A stretch of DNA of 64,000 nucleotides, taken from Squalus acanthias (lineage: Eukaryota). The DNA lies in contig CM059431.1 in the NCBI GenBank assembly GCA_030390025.1, forward strand, positions 106,146,001 to 106,210,000. Reading direction: 5' to 3'. Below the pieces are notes generated by a model. The model did not search any database. It saw nothing but the letters and a program-made list of their open reading frames with translations, and was not told the DNA's origin. Shown piece after piece: positions 12,128 through 25,043 of this stretch (the first letter of the stretch is position 1; each line of letters starts with the position of its first letter). The translations under genes and the position numbers were made by a program.

Positions 12128-13584
12128 AAAAAAGCGTTCTCCAGGTGGATGAGGGTACAATATAATAATCTTATTAAAAGAAATCGTGATGTAACAAAGC
12201 TAGATTGTGAAGTACATCTGTGATCTTTTTTTCCACCAAAATTTCAACTTCTAGTCATGAACAATCATTTGGGCTGTTGAATTATTCTGAAAGCATTGCT
12301 ATTACTTTGTTTCTAACATACCATTGTTCTTCTTACATAACTGTTAGATGGTCTGATCGCTGATAATGAATAATAATGAAGGAACAAAATACCCTTAATT
12401 ATTCCTAATGGATCAGATTTGGATAGTTAATTCTCTGAGGACCGTCGCAGGTTTTCAGCAAAAAAGATAAGAATTCTGAAAAAGATTCTCGTTCCTTTAT
12501 CTGATTCGTCCCTTGAAATTCGAGGAATTAAAAATATGTGGGATTTTTTTTTGGTTCTATGCTTTAATCTCAAGAGACGTGCAAATCAATTTTGCAGCGC
12601 TGACATGAACTAAAAGCAAAGAACATTCAAAGCTCCAAATTGTTCCGAGTATTGAGGGAAAGCAAACATTTCAAATACCCGCAAACCACATCAGTGACCG
12701 TACCTACAATGCCTTTAGCAGAGCTTTCTTCTAGGATTTGTGAAATGACGTCTAAGCTTCTGAAGTTTTTTGCCAGCTTGAAAAAAAAACCCCAAAATTC
12801 AAAGTTCCCAATAGGTACAAAAGCACACTTGCTCAGCGATAAATCCCTCTCGAACACATGGGAAAATCTGACGTCTCGAAAAATTGCCAGACTCTTGTCA
12901 GTCCCTCCACGTGCATTGCTGAGCTCTTCTGAGGGGCTGTGATGAAATAAGAGAGTGATATATAACTCTTAATCGAGCTGGCAAGTGTGCACTTCCAACA
13001 GTCTGAGGGAGATGCTCCCCCAACCTCGGCAAGGAGAGAACGGACACTGATTTTAGGTTCAGTTCTCCCTTCCCAGCATGGAAGCAGTACACCGCATTCT
13101 CAGCAATCTTCATAAAGGGGTGTTGGCAAGGACAATACAAAATGTTGTCAGTAATAAACTAGAGAGTGAGAGAGACAGAAAGGAATTGATAAATAAAAGA
13201 ACAGGCTTGACATTGAGCACTACGAATACCGCCTTATTACTTGACTGTACTGACAGCAGAAGGCTAAAGTAGGCTAGACTATGGAACACACAATCTTTTG
13301 ATCCCTCAAATTAATTGGTACAAGGGCTGGGATCACAAGGCTTCAAAGTAAATCAATATGGACCTGAGATCCTTGCAGCATTTTGTGACAGAGGTGGAGA
13401 TGCGATGGGTATCGCACACATTTTTTCAGACCAGAACAAAACTGTGCTAATGGATTTAATTATATGGCCCTATTCATGAAACAGGGATACAAGCTTGTCA
13501 GTTTTAGCTCCGATAGATGTTAACATTATTAAGCCTCAAGGTAGTATTTTGAAAAACACTGCATGCTGACTGGAAACAAATAGC

Positions 13585-14218
13585 ACGTTGACCTTTATTG
13601 CTGGAGGGTTGGGGTATAAGAGTAAGGAGATCTTGCTACAATTGTACAGGGCTCTGGTGAGACCACACCTGGAGTACTGTGCACAGTTTTGGTCTCCTTA
13701 TTTAAGGAAGGATATACTTGCCTTAGAGGCAGTGCAATGAAGGTTCACTAGATTGATTCCTGGGATGAGAGGGTTGTCCCATGAGGAGAGATTGAGTAGA
13801 TTGGGCCTCTACTCTCTGGAGTTTAGAAGAATGAGAGGTGATCTCATTGAAACATACAAGATTCTGAAGGGGATTGACAGGGTAGATGCCAAGTGGTTGT
13901 TTCCTCTGGCTGGAGAGTCTAGAACTAGGGGGCACAGTCTCAGATAAGGGGTTGGCCTTTTAAGAGCGAGATGAGGAGGAATTTCTTCACTCAGAGGGTT
14001 GTGAGTCTTTGGAATTCTCTACCCCAAAGTGCTGTGGATGCTGAGTAATTGAGTTCAAGGCTGAGAATGATAGATAGATGGACTCCAGAGAATCAGGGGA
14101 TATGGGGATCGGGCAGGAAAGTGGAGTTGAGGTCGAAGATCAGCCATGATCTTACTGAATGGCGGAGCAGGCTCGATGGACTGTATGGCCGACTCCTGCT
14201 CCTAATTCTTATGTTCTT
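13585..14218 (+). mobile_element. CR1 3' fragment
   Basis: RPHLEYC through the 3' UTR. Confidence 0.9.
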
Positions 14219-14380
14219 AGAGGGAAGTCAGAGGCATTTGTTGTTGTTTAGGGGGCATCTAAAATTGGCATCTTCCCACAGAGGGAAAGAATAATGCTAT
14301 TTGTACATTTTTGTAGTGATTTTGACTCACCATTTGCAATAATATGCCAGATATACAAATGTTTGTTCAATGCCAGTCAG

Positions 14381-14855
14381 GTACTGTAGTGTAGTGGTTA
14401 AATAACTGGACTAATAATCCAGAGAATGTGAGTTTAAATCTCTCTGTGACAGTTTGAGAATTTGAATTTAGTTTAAAAAAATCTAGAAATAAAAAGTTGA
14501 TACAAGAAGCTGTTGGATTGTTGAAAGAAACCTTAACCGATCTGGCCTATATGTGACTCGAGTCCCACACCAACATGGTTGACTCTTAACTACCCTCTGA
14601 AATGACAGATGTTGGAGATGAAAGGATAGATATAGAGGAAAATAGAGACAGATCACCATCATAAGGGTAAAACACTCAAGGGCAATTAACAGTTTTGATG
14701 ATTCTATAGCGGGGATGTGGGACTAAGCACGACTGCACTTTCAAAGAGCCGGCACAGGCACGATGGGCCAAATGGCCTCCTTCTGTGCGGCAAGTTTCTA
14801 TGATTCTATGAGATGGGCAATAAATGGCCACATCCCGAGAATGAATATTTAAAAA
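14381..14855 (+). mobile_element. Degenerate tRNA-derived SINE with a nested CR1 tail
   Basis: Homologous to 39831-40311 (minus strand); CR1 3' UTR at about 14708-14810. Confidence 0.65.
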
Positions 14856-15225
14856 ATGGCAATTTGGCAAGGTAAGCAGAGGTTGAGCTGCTGAATGTTG
14901 ACTGTTGTAAAATTGTGTTCAACTATAATAAATATAATTATTATAATTAAATGTATTATTAGGAATCTTCAAAAAAGAGCAAAACATATGAGAAACACAT
15001 GTTGTCATAAGTGCTGAATGAAAAGGAAAAAAATGAAAGTGGAAGTGAAGAATCAAGATAACTAATTGAAAAAGAAAGAGCCTTGTGGAGTAAAATTCAA
15101 GAGTCGTTGGCAGAAATCTTTTTTGGTATGATGCCTTTCTTCATAACTGTAGCTTCTCAGACTCGGTGTTATTTCATACAAACATAAGAAAAGGACAGAC
15201 AGGAAAAGACCTACTGATCCATCGA

Positions 15226-15657
15226 AGAACATAAGAACATAGGAAATAGGAGCAGGAGTAGGCCAGTCGGCCCCTCGAGCCTGCTCCGCCATTCAATGAG
15301 ATCATGGCTGATCTACCTCAACCCCACCTTCCCGCACTATCCCTGGATTCCCTTACAGTCCAACAATCTATCCATCTCTGTCTTGAATATACTCAATGAC
15401 AGAGCAGCCACAGCTCTCTGGGGTAGAGAATTCCAAAGATTCACCACCCTCTGAGTGAAGAAATTTCTCCTCATCTCAGTCCTAAATGGCCGACCCCTTA
15501 TCTGAGACTGTGACCCCTAGTTCTAGTCTCCCCAGCCAGGGGAAACATCCTCCCTGCATCTACCCTGTCAAGCACTTTAAGAATGTTAGGTTTCAATGAG
15601 ATCACCTCTCATTCTTCTAAACTCTAGGGAATATAGGCCTGGTCTACTCATTCTCTA
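15226..15657 (-). mobile_element. CR1 3' fragment
   Basis: Homologous to 25830-26195; aagaacat repeats. Confidence 0.9.
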
Positions 15658-15659
15658 GC

Positions 15660-16145
15660 TTGTTCCAAATAGCTGTGATGCCCAGTACACTCCCCATCCA
15701 CCCAGACCCATGTAATCTCCTGGAAGAAAAGAAAAAAAGTAGTTAAAAACCCAGGTCAATTTGAAAAAATCTGAAAAATTCATCACCAACCTCTTTAGGT
15801 GATCAAAACAAGTCCAGGAAATTTCTTAGACCCTAATTTATATTACCTCTTCTACAAGGTGATCTCCGCCCCAGCCAGAAACGGGTCCAGCTCTCACTTG
15901 AAAGAATACAGAGAATCAACGTTCACCACACGAGCCAACAGCCTAATTCCACAGGTCCACTATTCTCTGGGAAAAGTAGAACCGCCTAACATCCAACCTA
16001 GTTCTGCCCTTACATAACTTTCAGGCGTGACCCCTGGTCCTCTCTAACCTATCCAGTTGAAATAATTGGTCCACAAAAGCACAGTCTCGTCCGTTCATTA
16101 TTTTATAAATCTCAGTCAAATTGCCCGAGTCTGTGCTTTTCTGAA
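15660..16145 (-). mobile_element. Older CR1 3' fragment with a different 3' UTR
   Basis: NLTEIYKIMNG...LFQL...RTRGH. Confidence 0.65.
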
Positions 16146-16289
16146 GTATACGGGCCCAGCTCCTTGAGCCTATCTGATGGGACAGAGTGTAGGATAGATG
16201 GCAGTCAACAAGTAGATATGGGCATGGATACTGAGAGAGACACACATGAACCAGAAACCTGGATAGGCAGACGTGGGGATACAAGAGGA

Positions 16290-17480
16290 GGCAAATCTGC
16301 AATAAGATGTTAGATGCATTAGAAATAAGATGCCCGAACTCGAGACTGTTGTGTCAGTAGGGAACTGTGATGTTGTAGGAATATCAGAAACATCTAGAGA
16401 ATGCAAATGAATAAGACATTTGGAGAGATAAAGGGGGAAAAATTTGGTTGCTTTGCGCCTCCCGTTAGCGACCAAAGAGGGCGGTAATGGTGCGCAAAGC
16501 AACTAGCGCCCGGGCGCGGCGCCGCCAGCACCTCCTGCGAAATTCAGCGGGAGGTTAGCAGCGGCGCTAACCGTCAGCGCCCCTCGGTGCTGCGCCGCTG
16601 GCGATGGCGTCATTGCCGTGCGCAACGCCCCAGCCGCGATCTTCGCTAGCGCCCCCTGACTTACCACCGGACGCTATGTCTGACGGGGTCGGGGCGCCTA
16701 CCTGCGGCCGTGGTGGCGCTATTTAAAGGCGAGGTGCCGGGCGGCCATTTTTGTTGCTGGTCACCTGCCAGCACCTGCCTGCGCTCCCGTCCCCGGCCTC
16801 CTGACCTGCACTCCCCATGGAGTGCCTGCTGCACTCCGTGAGCCCGGCACTTCTCTTGCGTGCTGGGTTCTTTTGCCAGCTGGGCCCCAGCTGGGCCCCG
16901 GGTCACGCTGCGCAAGGCCCCTCCCCTTTAAGAAGGGGAGGAAGGCCTGCAATACCGTGGTGCGATATTCCCTCGTAGCGCCCCAAGAGGGAGGGGTGCT
17001 ACCACTCAATATCAGTCATGCTGGCGCTAATTTTTCCGGGGCGCTACCCGGTGAAGTTAGCACCCCAAAGGGGGCGCAACTCAATTTTTCACCCAAAGTG
17101 TTTAGAAAAGGAAGAGTAGACAAAAAGGTGGTGTAGCTCTCTACATCAGGCACAGCTAGGAGGCAAAAGAAGTTGATCCCGCTAGATGTAGAAAGCTACA
17201 AAATGGACTAGGCTGGTTAGATACCTCGAATGAAAAACTCCAAACTAGTACGGGGGGCGCGGGGAGCGGCGTCATGCTATAGACCACTTACACTGTGAAG
17301 AGATAGGAAGGGTATGTGTGAACTATTCTTTTAATGGTAGACTTCAAACAACCTAATACAAACTGAGAAAACACAAGTGATTTCGAGTCAGAGTTGGTAA
17401 ATGCAATGCATGATTTCTTCCTGACCCAATGAGGTAAATGTTCTTGTTCACTGTCCGTGTGGTAATCTGGCAAAATGGCT
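16290..17480 (+). mobile_element. Highly decayed LINE endonuclease region, split by a MITE
   Basis: Resembles NARSIRNK..EL, DVVGISET, KVFRK.R...GGVALYI and MVDF motifs. Confidence 0.5.
16433..17094. mobile_element. GC-rich Harbinger/Tourist-like MITE, family A copy 1
   Basis: Termini gggggaaaattt and aatttttcaccc; aaa on both flanks; homologous to 21323-22041 and 25044-25747. Confidence 0.8.
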
Positions 17481-19517
17481 CAGCCACCCAGTGTAGAACC
17501 CACTTAATCTAATCAAGGGAATGGAAATTGTGTGCGTACTACAATAAATTCAGTTGTTATTGCTTTATCATTCAGTGTTGGATTATTAGGAACCCTAGAA
17601 GCAATACATTGTAAGAACAACTCACTGGTAAGTAACAGGATATTGGAATCTAGGTTGCTTTGCTGCCATGACACCAGGCTTCATGAAGTACATGACCACT
17701 TCCAAGGATATATCAAGGAACTGCTGAGCACACTATCTGAAATCACAATCGCCGATTGTCTGGAGAAAATTGTTGGGGATGTTGTGCCGACTGGCCAAGG
17801 GACATAAACACAAGGATTGAAATTTTTGCGTGGAAAGATAGAAAAGCCAGCTCAGCATCTGGCCATCTCAGCTGGAGAGGGGCACACAGAGCCAGGAGAA
17901 CCTAACGATATGGAGAAAGTCACAGAAAATGGGGAAGTTGGTTTTGCTCTACAGTTAAGAAGGAAATGTCAATCTGGATGAAAGTACTTTCAATGTAAAG
18001 AATTCCCTCGAAGAAAGACTGAGAGGAGATATTCCAACCTAGACTGACCTAGGATTAGCCACAAAAGCCTTTTCCCGACCACAAATGCACACTCCACTAG
18101 ATCTGTCTCTTTTAATTACCCTGGTGACACTCTGCCAATCAGACTTCTTCCCACTCTTGGTCGTCATTCTTGATGCTTACACCAAAACAAAAGACTGCTT
18201 GCAAACGTAATCCCAGGTGAAATATCTCCTCTCATGGAGGATATATAAAAAGAACCTTCCTTCCCTCTCCTCACCTCACCTCACCTCACCCCTACTCTAT
18301 AATTAAATCAATTCTTTACATGGAAAACGCTGCCCCCAGAACAATGTTCCATTCTAAAGTGGCAGCATGCCACAAAACTGTGCTTTCATGTGAGATTTAC
18401 TGGAATAGTTGCCCTTTTAAAAAAAATAAAACAATGAAAATTGTCAAGATCCACTCTTGGAACTCAAGACAGTTACCATTTTCACTTTGCTTTACCTAGC
18501 GGAACTGCATCTGCCCATTCTTGGCTCCTACAATCCCTGCCCCTCCCCACCCCCCATCACAGCAGCTTTACCCCATTTCAATGACAGCACAGCGTTTAAA
18601 ATAAAGTAGCTGCATTAATCTCACCACCAGGCCTATCACTGGACCTGACCCTGTGGGGGCCATACAGGACATTGCCTTACACTAATTGTCTTCAAACCAG
18701 ATTAGAACAAAAAAAAAGAGAAACATTATTGGAACAGTTATACCCTCAGGAGAAATGAAGGTAATAATTTAATTCTTAAACAATATTTAACATGAAATCT
18801 ATGGGCGACAACTGCTTCAGGGTTAGCGAGAGTGGAAAAACCTTGGGTTCCATTCATTTATTAATTTTTCAAATGTTATCAGTGCCCTGGAGCTGTCTGA
18901 ATTACATTATTTTTTAAAAAACACGCAAATACACTGTTCCAGCCAATTAGCCCAATGGTAGAAGTATGAGAGAGTAAAACGAAGAACAGTTTTTCACTAA
19001 TAAGCAGGAAACTAGTTTTGTGATTAACCTAATGTCAAAGCAATTCATTTACCAAAAAAAAAATGATGTACCTTGTTAATTAGCCCATGGATTGCTGACA
19101 GCTGCAATTGCTCAACAAATATTGAAAGATATTCTGTTAAGCGCATGTGTGTTTCGAAAAAATTAAAAATTACTGACTTAATTAGACCCCATTTTTCTGG
19201 TACTACTAAGTGCTACTTGTTTGCCAGTGCCTCAGGCTTTCGTTTGTTTTATTCTGCCTGGTCCATATTGCTTCTGACACAGCAACATTTGTCACTGTTC
19301 TGCCGAGAATTGATTAAGGCTTTGTCTCAGCAAGTCTGTCATAAGGCATCAGGGAATCAAGCGAGAGGAGGCACAGCATATGAAAAGCAATCACTTGCAT
19401 TCAAACTGTCAGTGCTGGCTTTCCAGAGTCAGGCTGACATGCGTTCCATGTCCTTTTTAACTGATTATATCAGGCACAAATTCTGAAAGAAGGAATCTAA
19501 AGGACCAAACACGGCTT

Positions 19518-20150
19518 CAACAACAACAACAACAACTTGTATTGATATAGCGCCTTTAACATAGTAAAACATCCCAAGGCGCTGCACAGGAGTATATTAA
19601 GACAAAAAATTTGACACCGAGCCACATAAGGATAAATTAGGGCAGGTGACCAAAAGCTTGGTCAAAGAGGTAGGTTTTAAGGAGCGTCTTAAAGGAGGAA
19701 AGAGAGGTAGCGAGGCGGAGAGGTTTAGGCAGGGAATTCCAGCGCTTAGGGCCGAGGCAACAGAAGGCACGGCCACCAAAGTTTGAACGATTATAATCAG
19801 GGATGCTCAAGAGGACAGAATTAGAGGAGCCCAGATATCTTGGGGCGGGGGCGGGGGGGGGTTGTGGGGCTGAAGGAGATTACAGAGATAGGGGGCGGGG
19901 GCGAGGAGGCCATGGAGGGATTTGAAAACAAGGATGAGAATTTTGAAATCGAGGCGCTGCTTAACCGGGAGCCAATGTAGGTCAGCGAGCACAGGGGGTG
20001 ATGGGCAAACGGGACTTGGTGCGAGTTAGGACACAGGCAGCCGACTTTTGGATGACCTCAGGTTTACGTAGGGTGGAATGTGGGAGGCCAGCCAGGAGTG
20101 CGTTGGAATAGTCAACTCTGGAGGTAACAAAGGCACGGATGAGGGTTTCA
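19518..20150 (-). mobile_element. L2 LINE 3' fragment
   Basis: AFVTSRVDYSNALLAG, LADLHWLPVKQRLDFKIL; (gtt)n tail. Confidence 0.9.
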
Positions 20151-21322
20151 TGTATAAAAGAAAGAGAGAATAGGAGAGTGTTGCCTGCATCCAAGAAATT
20201 CTAAACGATGATGGTTATACCTGCGCCGATGTGCTTTCTGCTAAACAGCAATTGTCAGCTTCCTTTTTCCAACACATTTCCCATGCAGTACAACAATCTG
20301 CAAAGGGCACTGCTGTTCAAATTGATCCCTTGTAACAAAAACAAACAACTTTAAAGAGTCTTGCAGCGTGAGGAAAGGGATCTTGATGAACATTGGAACA
20401 GTGATTAATACTGGCTCTCAAGATGTTAGCAAGGTTTATCTTAATAACTGTGCTGTAGTTCGGGCTGAGACAACTGAAGCAGGTGCCTCAATTGGAAACA
20501 CCTCCATACATAAACGCATTAACCTGCAGAATCTCCAGGCAGGCATTTGCTGAATTGCACAGGTGTGACTTGATATGAGTTGCTCCAACTAATTTTGAAG
20601 CTTGGTTACGGCCCTGAATAAATTAGGCTGAAAGCTATTGTGTTAAAAGGATGTTTCTTTTCACGAGAATTCCAGTTAATAATCTAATTCCCAGGGCACC
20701 GTAGTTAACAGATTCAATGGTGACTTTGTTGATGAAATCAAAAAAAAAAGTACCTTTTTTTTAAACCGGTGAACTCTTTATTTTTAACCAGTTTAAAGTA
20801 AAAACAGGAAGTTAACTCATTTTGTACCTAATGCGATTTGAAGGGCGTAAAATTCACCTATTAACGAGTAATTGCCAGATGTCAGATTTCATTCACAATT
20901 AAAGATCTGCTCACAAAGTCACATTCTCAGGAATTGCACATTTCAAAGTTACATGGCAGTTCATTACTTACAGAAAAAAAACAGGCCTGTTTTTCATTAA
21001 AAGTGGAGTTTACCTACCCCACGATGATTTCCAATTACACCGAGACTTGTTGCCTCAATATGGGCTGAATAGATACCTTGTGAGTGTGACTGAGTTCAGT
21101 TGTCTTGCTTGTTTAGTTAACTCTCAGTGGCTACTTCCATGGTTATTTTACATGTCGCAAACCTGGCCTGATATTATTTATTAGATTCTGCTTGTGCAGA
21201 AATCATCTTTATTCTTCTCTTTTTCATTTGGTTCTGATTGAAAAGATCAGAATGTCTGGCAATGGCAATTTGGTTGTGAGCCTCTCCAGTCCATAATGGG
21301 AACTGGTCTGGTAAAAGTTGTA

Positions 21323-22041
21323 GGGGGGAAAATTGAGCCACGCCCCCTTTGGGGCGCTAGCTTCGCCGGGGCGCTACTTTTAGCGCCCCGAAAAAATTAG
21401 CGCCCCCGCGGCCGAAATTCATCAGTAGCGCCCCAAGAGGGAAGCGGGATGCTCCTGGAAGCGCCCTGCCTCCCTCTTGGAGCGCTGCGAGGGAATATCG
21501 CGGCACGTCGCGCTGCAGTTCTGCAGGCCTTCCTCCCCTTCTTAAAGGGGAGGGGCCTTGAGCAGCGCGACCCGGGGCCCAGCTGAGCCACCAGGGATCG
21601 GAGTGTCGGCAAAAGAGCCCGGCACTCAATAGAAGTGCCGGGCTCACGGAGCGCAGCCGACACTCCGTGTGGGGGCTTCAGAGGAGGCCGTGGACGGCAA
21701 CGGGGGCAGGTGCTGGCAGGCGGCCAGCAACAAAAATAGCCGCCCGGCACCTCGCCTTTAATTAGCGCCGCCCCAGCCACAGGTAGGTCCCCCTGACCCC
21801 GTCGGACATAGTGTCCGGCGGTAAGTCAGGGGGCGCTACCGAAGATCGCGGCCAGGGTGCTGCACACGGCGATGACGTCATCGCCGGTGGCACAATGCCG
21901 CGCTGCGCTAACGGTTAGCGCCACCGCTAACCTCCCGCTGAATTTCGCAGGAGGTGTTGGTGGCGCTGCGTCCGGGCGCTAGTTGCTTTGCGCCCTCTTA
22001 GGGCGCTAACGGGAGGCGCAAAGGAACCAAATTTTTCCCCC
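21323..22041. mobile_element. MITE family A copy 2 (opposite orientation)
   Basis: TIR ggggggaaaatt / aatttttccccc; TSD gta at 21320-21322 and 22042-22044. Confidence 0.85.
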
Positions 22042-22156
22042 GTACTGTCTCAGGAGGTATAACAATTTTGATTGTTGGAGGTTCCATTGTTCCTGGTATA
22101 GACGGTTCACATTAGTACAACTGGAACTGAAACACAACATAAGAACATAAGAAATA

Positions 22157-22288
22157 ACAACAGAAAACGCTGGAAAAACTCAGCAGGCGAGGCAGCATCC
22201 GTGGAGAGAGAAACAGAGTTAATGTTTCAGGTCGAAGACCTTTCTGTTATTTCGGATTTCCAGCATCTGCAGTATTTTGCTATCGTAG
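22157..22288 (-). mobile_element. Short insert of a second Penelope-like family (half hammerhead plus inverted tail)
   Basis: Minus strand reads aggtc-ttc-gacct-GAAA-cattaac (helix II + GAAA). Short inverted segments aacagaaa/tttctgtt and gctggaaa/tttccagc. Flanked by 16-bp aagaacataagaaata (22141-22156, 22289-22304) within a CR1 tail. Confidence 0.6.
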
Positions 22289-22424
22289 AAGAACATAAGA
22301 AATAGGAGCAGGAGCAGGAGATAGGCCAACAGCCCCTTGAGCCTGCTCCGCCATTCAATAAGATCATCAGATTAATTAGGGCTCCACAAACAAGGAGGAC
22401 TACATCTAATAAAAGTTCATTTAG

Positions 22425-22745
22425 AGAAAGTCACTTTCATAGTACCTTATCACATCTCAGAGGGCTTCACATACAATTAATTATTTTGAAGTGTAGTAAG
22501 TTATGCAAGCAAACCATTTTGCATGCAAGACCACATATGTTGGGTAAGGAACAAATAGTGCCCAGGAAAATTGAATGGCTCCCTGCTCTTCTTTAAATAC
22601 TGCCGGGGGATCTTTAGAATTCACCTGATTTACTGGGACAGTTTGATTTAACATCTCATCAGACAGATTATATGCTCAAGTCCTAGACAGAGACTTGAAC
22701 CCGCAACCTTCTGACGTCAGGGCAAGCTGAGCCCAAGCTGAGATA
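22425..22745 (-). mobile_element. Deu-domain SINE, degenerate
   Basis: Patchy homology to 23533-23997. Confidence 0.6.
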
Positions 22746-23532
22746 GGTATTAACTTACCCAAACATTGATACTGCTCTCCCACACTGGTTGGGAGGGGAT
22801 GCAATATATCAGGTTGCTAAGGCAGTGCTAAAATAGGTAGGACAAATATCCCAGCACCATCTGAACCTATTTGAGTCACAATTCATGGAAATCAGGAGAG
22901 TACAAACTAAATGCGATCCACTCAATCCCATTCCCCCACCCTGTCCGTCCCCCAGGCTTCTAACAGTGCCAGCCCCTTCAGATCATACATTAAATCATTT
23001 GCCAGATGCATATGCAACGGCTTTAGGTTTGTAGCAGGCATCAAGAGTGCCCCAACCTCGCAGGGTACCAGCAACTCGGAGAGGGAAGCAGCAGGAGGTT
23101 TTACAGTGAAGCCCAGGTGGAGGGAGTGATTGGACACTGCTTCATGAATTGGTAGAAATCTGCTGCAAATTACAAGCAAGCTGGTCTCGACCTCTGGGCT
23201 GTGTGAACATAAAGGAGAAAGAAGCCGAAACCTCAAGATTGTAAAACTCCTCTTTCGCCCGCTCTCTCCCTTTCTTCCTCGAACTGCTGCTTATTAACCC
23301 AAACTTGGCGGCACCTATTGCTTTTTGATGTAGCTTGTCTCCTTGTACATCCTGTTTTGACCCTTTTAGTGCCTTGCGCTGTGGGCCTGAGCCTTCTGCT
23401 TGGCTGTCTCATATCTTTGAATTACTCAGACTGGTGACAGGTTGGGAAGATGCAAATCGTCACAAGACATTGTTGGGTCAGAGGAGTGGCGAGGATACGG
23501 GGATTTTTTTTCCCAGACAAGAAAGCAAACAC

Positions 23533-23997
23533 ACAGAAGAAAGAAAGACTTGCATTTCTATAGCGCCGGACGTCTCAAAGCGCTTTACAGCCAATTAAGT
23601 ACTTTTGAAGTGGAGTCACTGTTGTAATGTGGGAAACGCGGCAGCCAATTAGCGCACAGCAAGGTCCCACAAACAGCAATGTGATAATGACCAGATAATC
23701 TGGTTTTTTTTAATGTTAATTGAGGGATAAATATTGGCCAGGATACCGGGGATAACTCCCCTGCTCATCTTCGAAATAGTGCCATGGGGATCTTTTACGT
23801 CCACCTGAGAGAGCAGACGGGGCCTCGATTTAACATCTCATCCGAAAGACGGCACCTCCGACAGTGCAGCACTCCCTCAGCACTGCACTGGGAGTGTCAG
23901 CCTAGCTTTGTGTGCTCAAGTCCCTGGAGTGGGACTTGAACCCACAACCTTCTGACTCAGAGCCGAGTGTGCTACCCACTGAGCCACAGCTGACACC
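23533..23997 (-). mobile_element. tRNA-derived Deu-domain SINE (SacSINE1-like), full length
   Basis: A box tggctcagtgg, B box ggttcaagtcc, core ggaggtgccgtctttcggatgag, L2-like tail ggcgctatagaaatgcaagt. Confidence 0.85.
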
Positions 23998-25043
23998 GCC
24001 ATTGAAAACAAACAAAAGCTCTGGTTTGACAGCCCCATGCCTAAATATAAATAGAAGAAAGAAGTTACAAGAAACATGTCATAAAATTAAAAGTGATCCG
24101 TGCTGTCTGCCTTGGTGAAAAGTATTCCTGTGTTCCAGAGTGTGGTCATTCACCGAGGGAATTCAATTCAAGTGACGGGCAGGGAAAATCTAAAAATGGT
24201 ATTAATCAGCACACGCATTGATGTGCACACATGGATTTGAAGTTACATCTGGTGTTCAGCGATTAGCAAAGCTCCCAACAGCAACTGATGAGGGCGTTGA
24301 AGTGAACACAACCCCTCATAGTGACCTATTTTGTGTATACATCTGTTTCCAGGTAAACTGGTTCGGCACAGTTTCAATCATCAATGCAGCCACGCTAGAA
24401 TGAAATTCACGGTAGAATTAAAATCAAAATGCAATCACAGGGTCAGCCGCGGCTCAGTCGGTAGCATCCTCGAATCTGAGTCCGAAACAATTAGGAATAC
24501 AATGATATTAACTGGCAGCGGGAACGAGTTTAAATGTGCAGTGTAATTGAGTTAAAAATTAAGTCAATGCGATGGTATATGTGGAAGACAAAGAAATGGT
24601 TGGTACCAGCACTTTCCCCAGTGGATCACACATCGATTTTCAGTAAACTAAACTCCAGACAAGATTGGGTTGCATATGACTAGACACAGGCTCCACAAGA
24701 GGAAAGGGGATGAAGTAAATACGAAGTGAACTGATCAGTGATGTGCTGTTTCTCAGTGTTCTATGTTCAAAGTGCTTTCTAAACTCTGTCCGCCATTAGA
24801 GGGCACAGGATGCAGGAACAACTGCCGGCTTCAAGCTGTTATTGTTTCACTTTGAGTGAGGAACTGACAGCTCACTGAAACCGAAAGGAAGGGGGTAAAA
24901 ATCAAAACTGATTCCGACAAAAAAAAAACCTCAACTAAGTTGTAAAGACAGTAGAGTAATTACTCCGTGTTGCTGTTCCCTCAGGCTTGGGATAGACCAA
25001 TAGTTGCAGTAAGGAGCTAGAAATGTGGCAAGCCTAGGCATTA

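Noticed and set aside
17532..17830. CR1 ORF1 esterase-like relic
   Set aside because: Only a vague resemblance; cannot be supported without a profile search.
23925..23997. tRNA gene
   Set aside because: The A/B boxes belong to a SINE head that continues into the SINE body; the same applies to the other copies.
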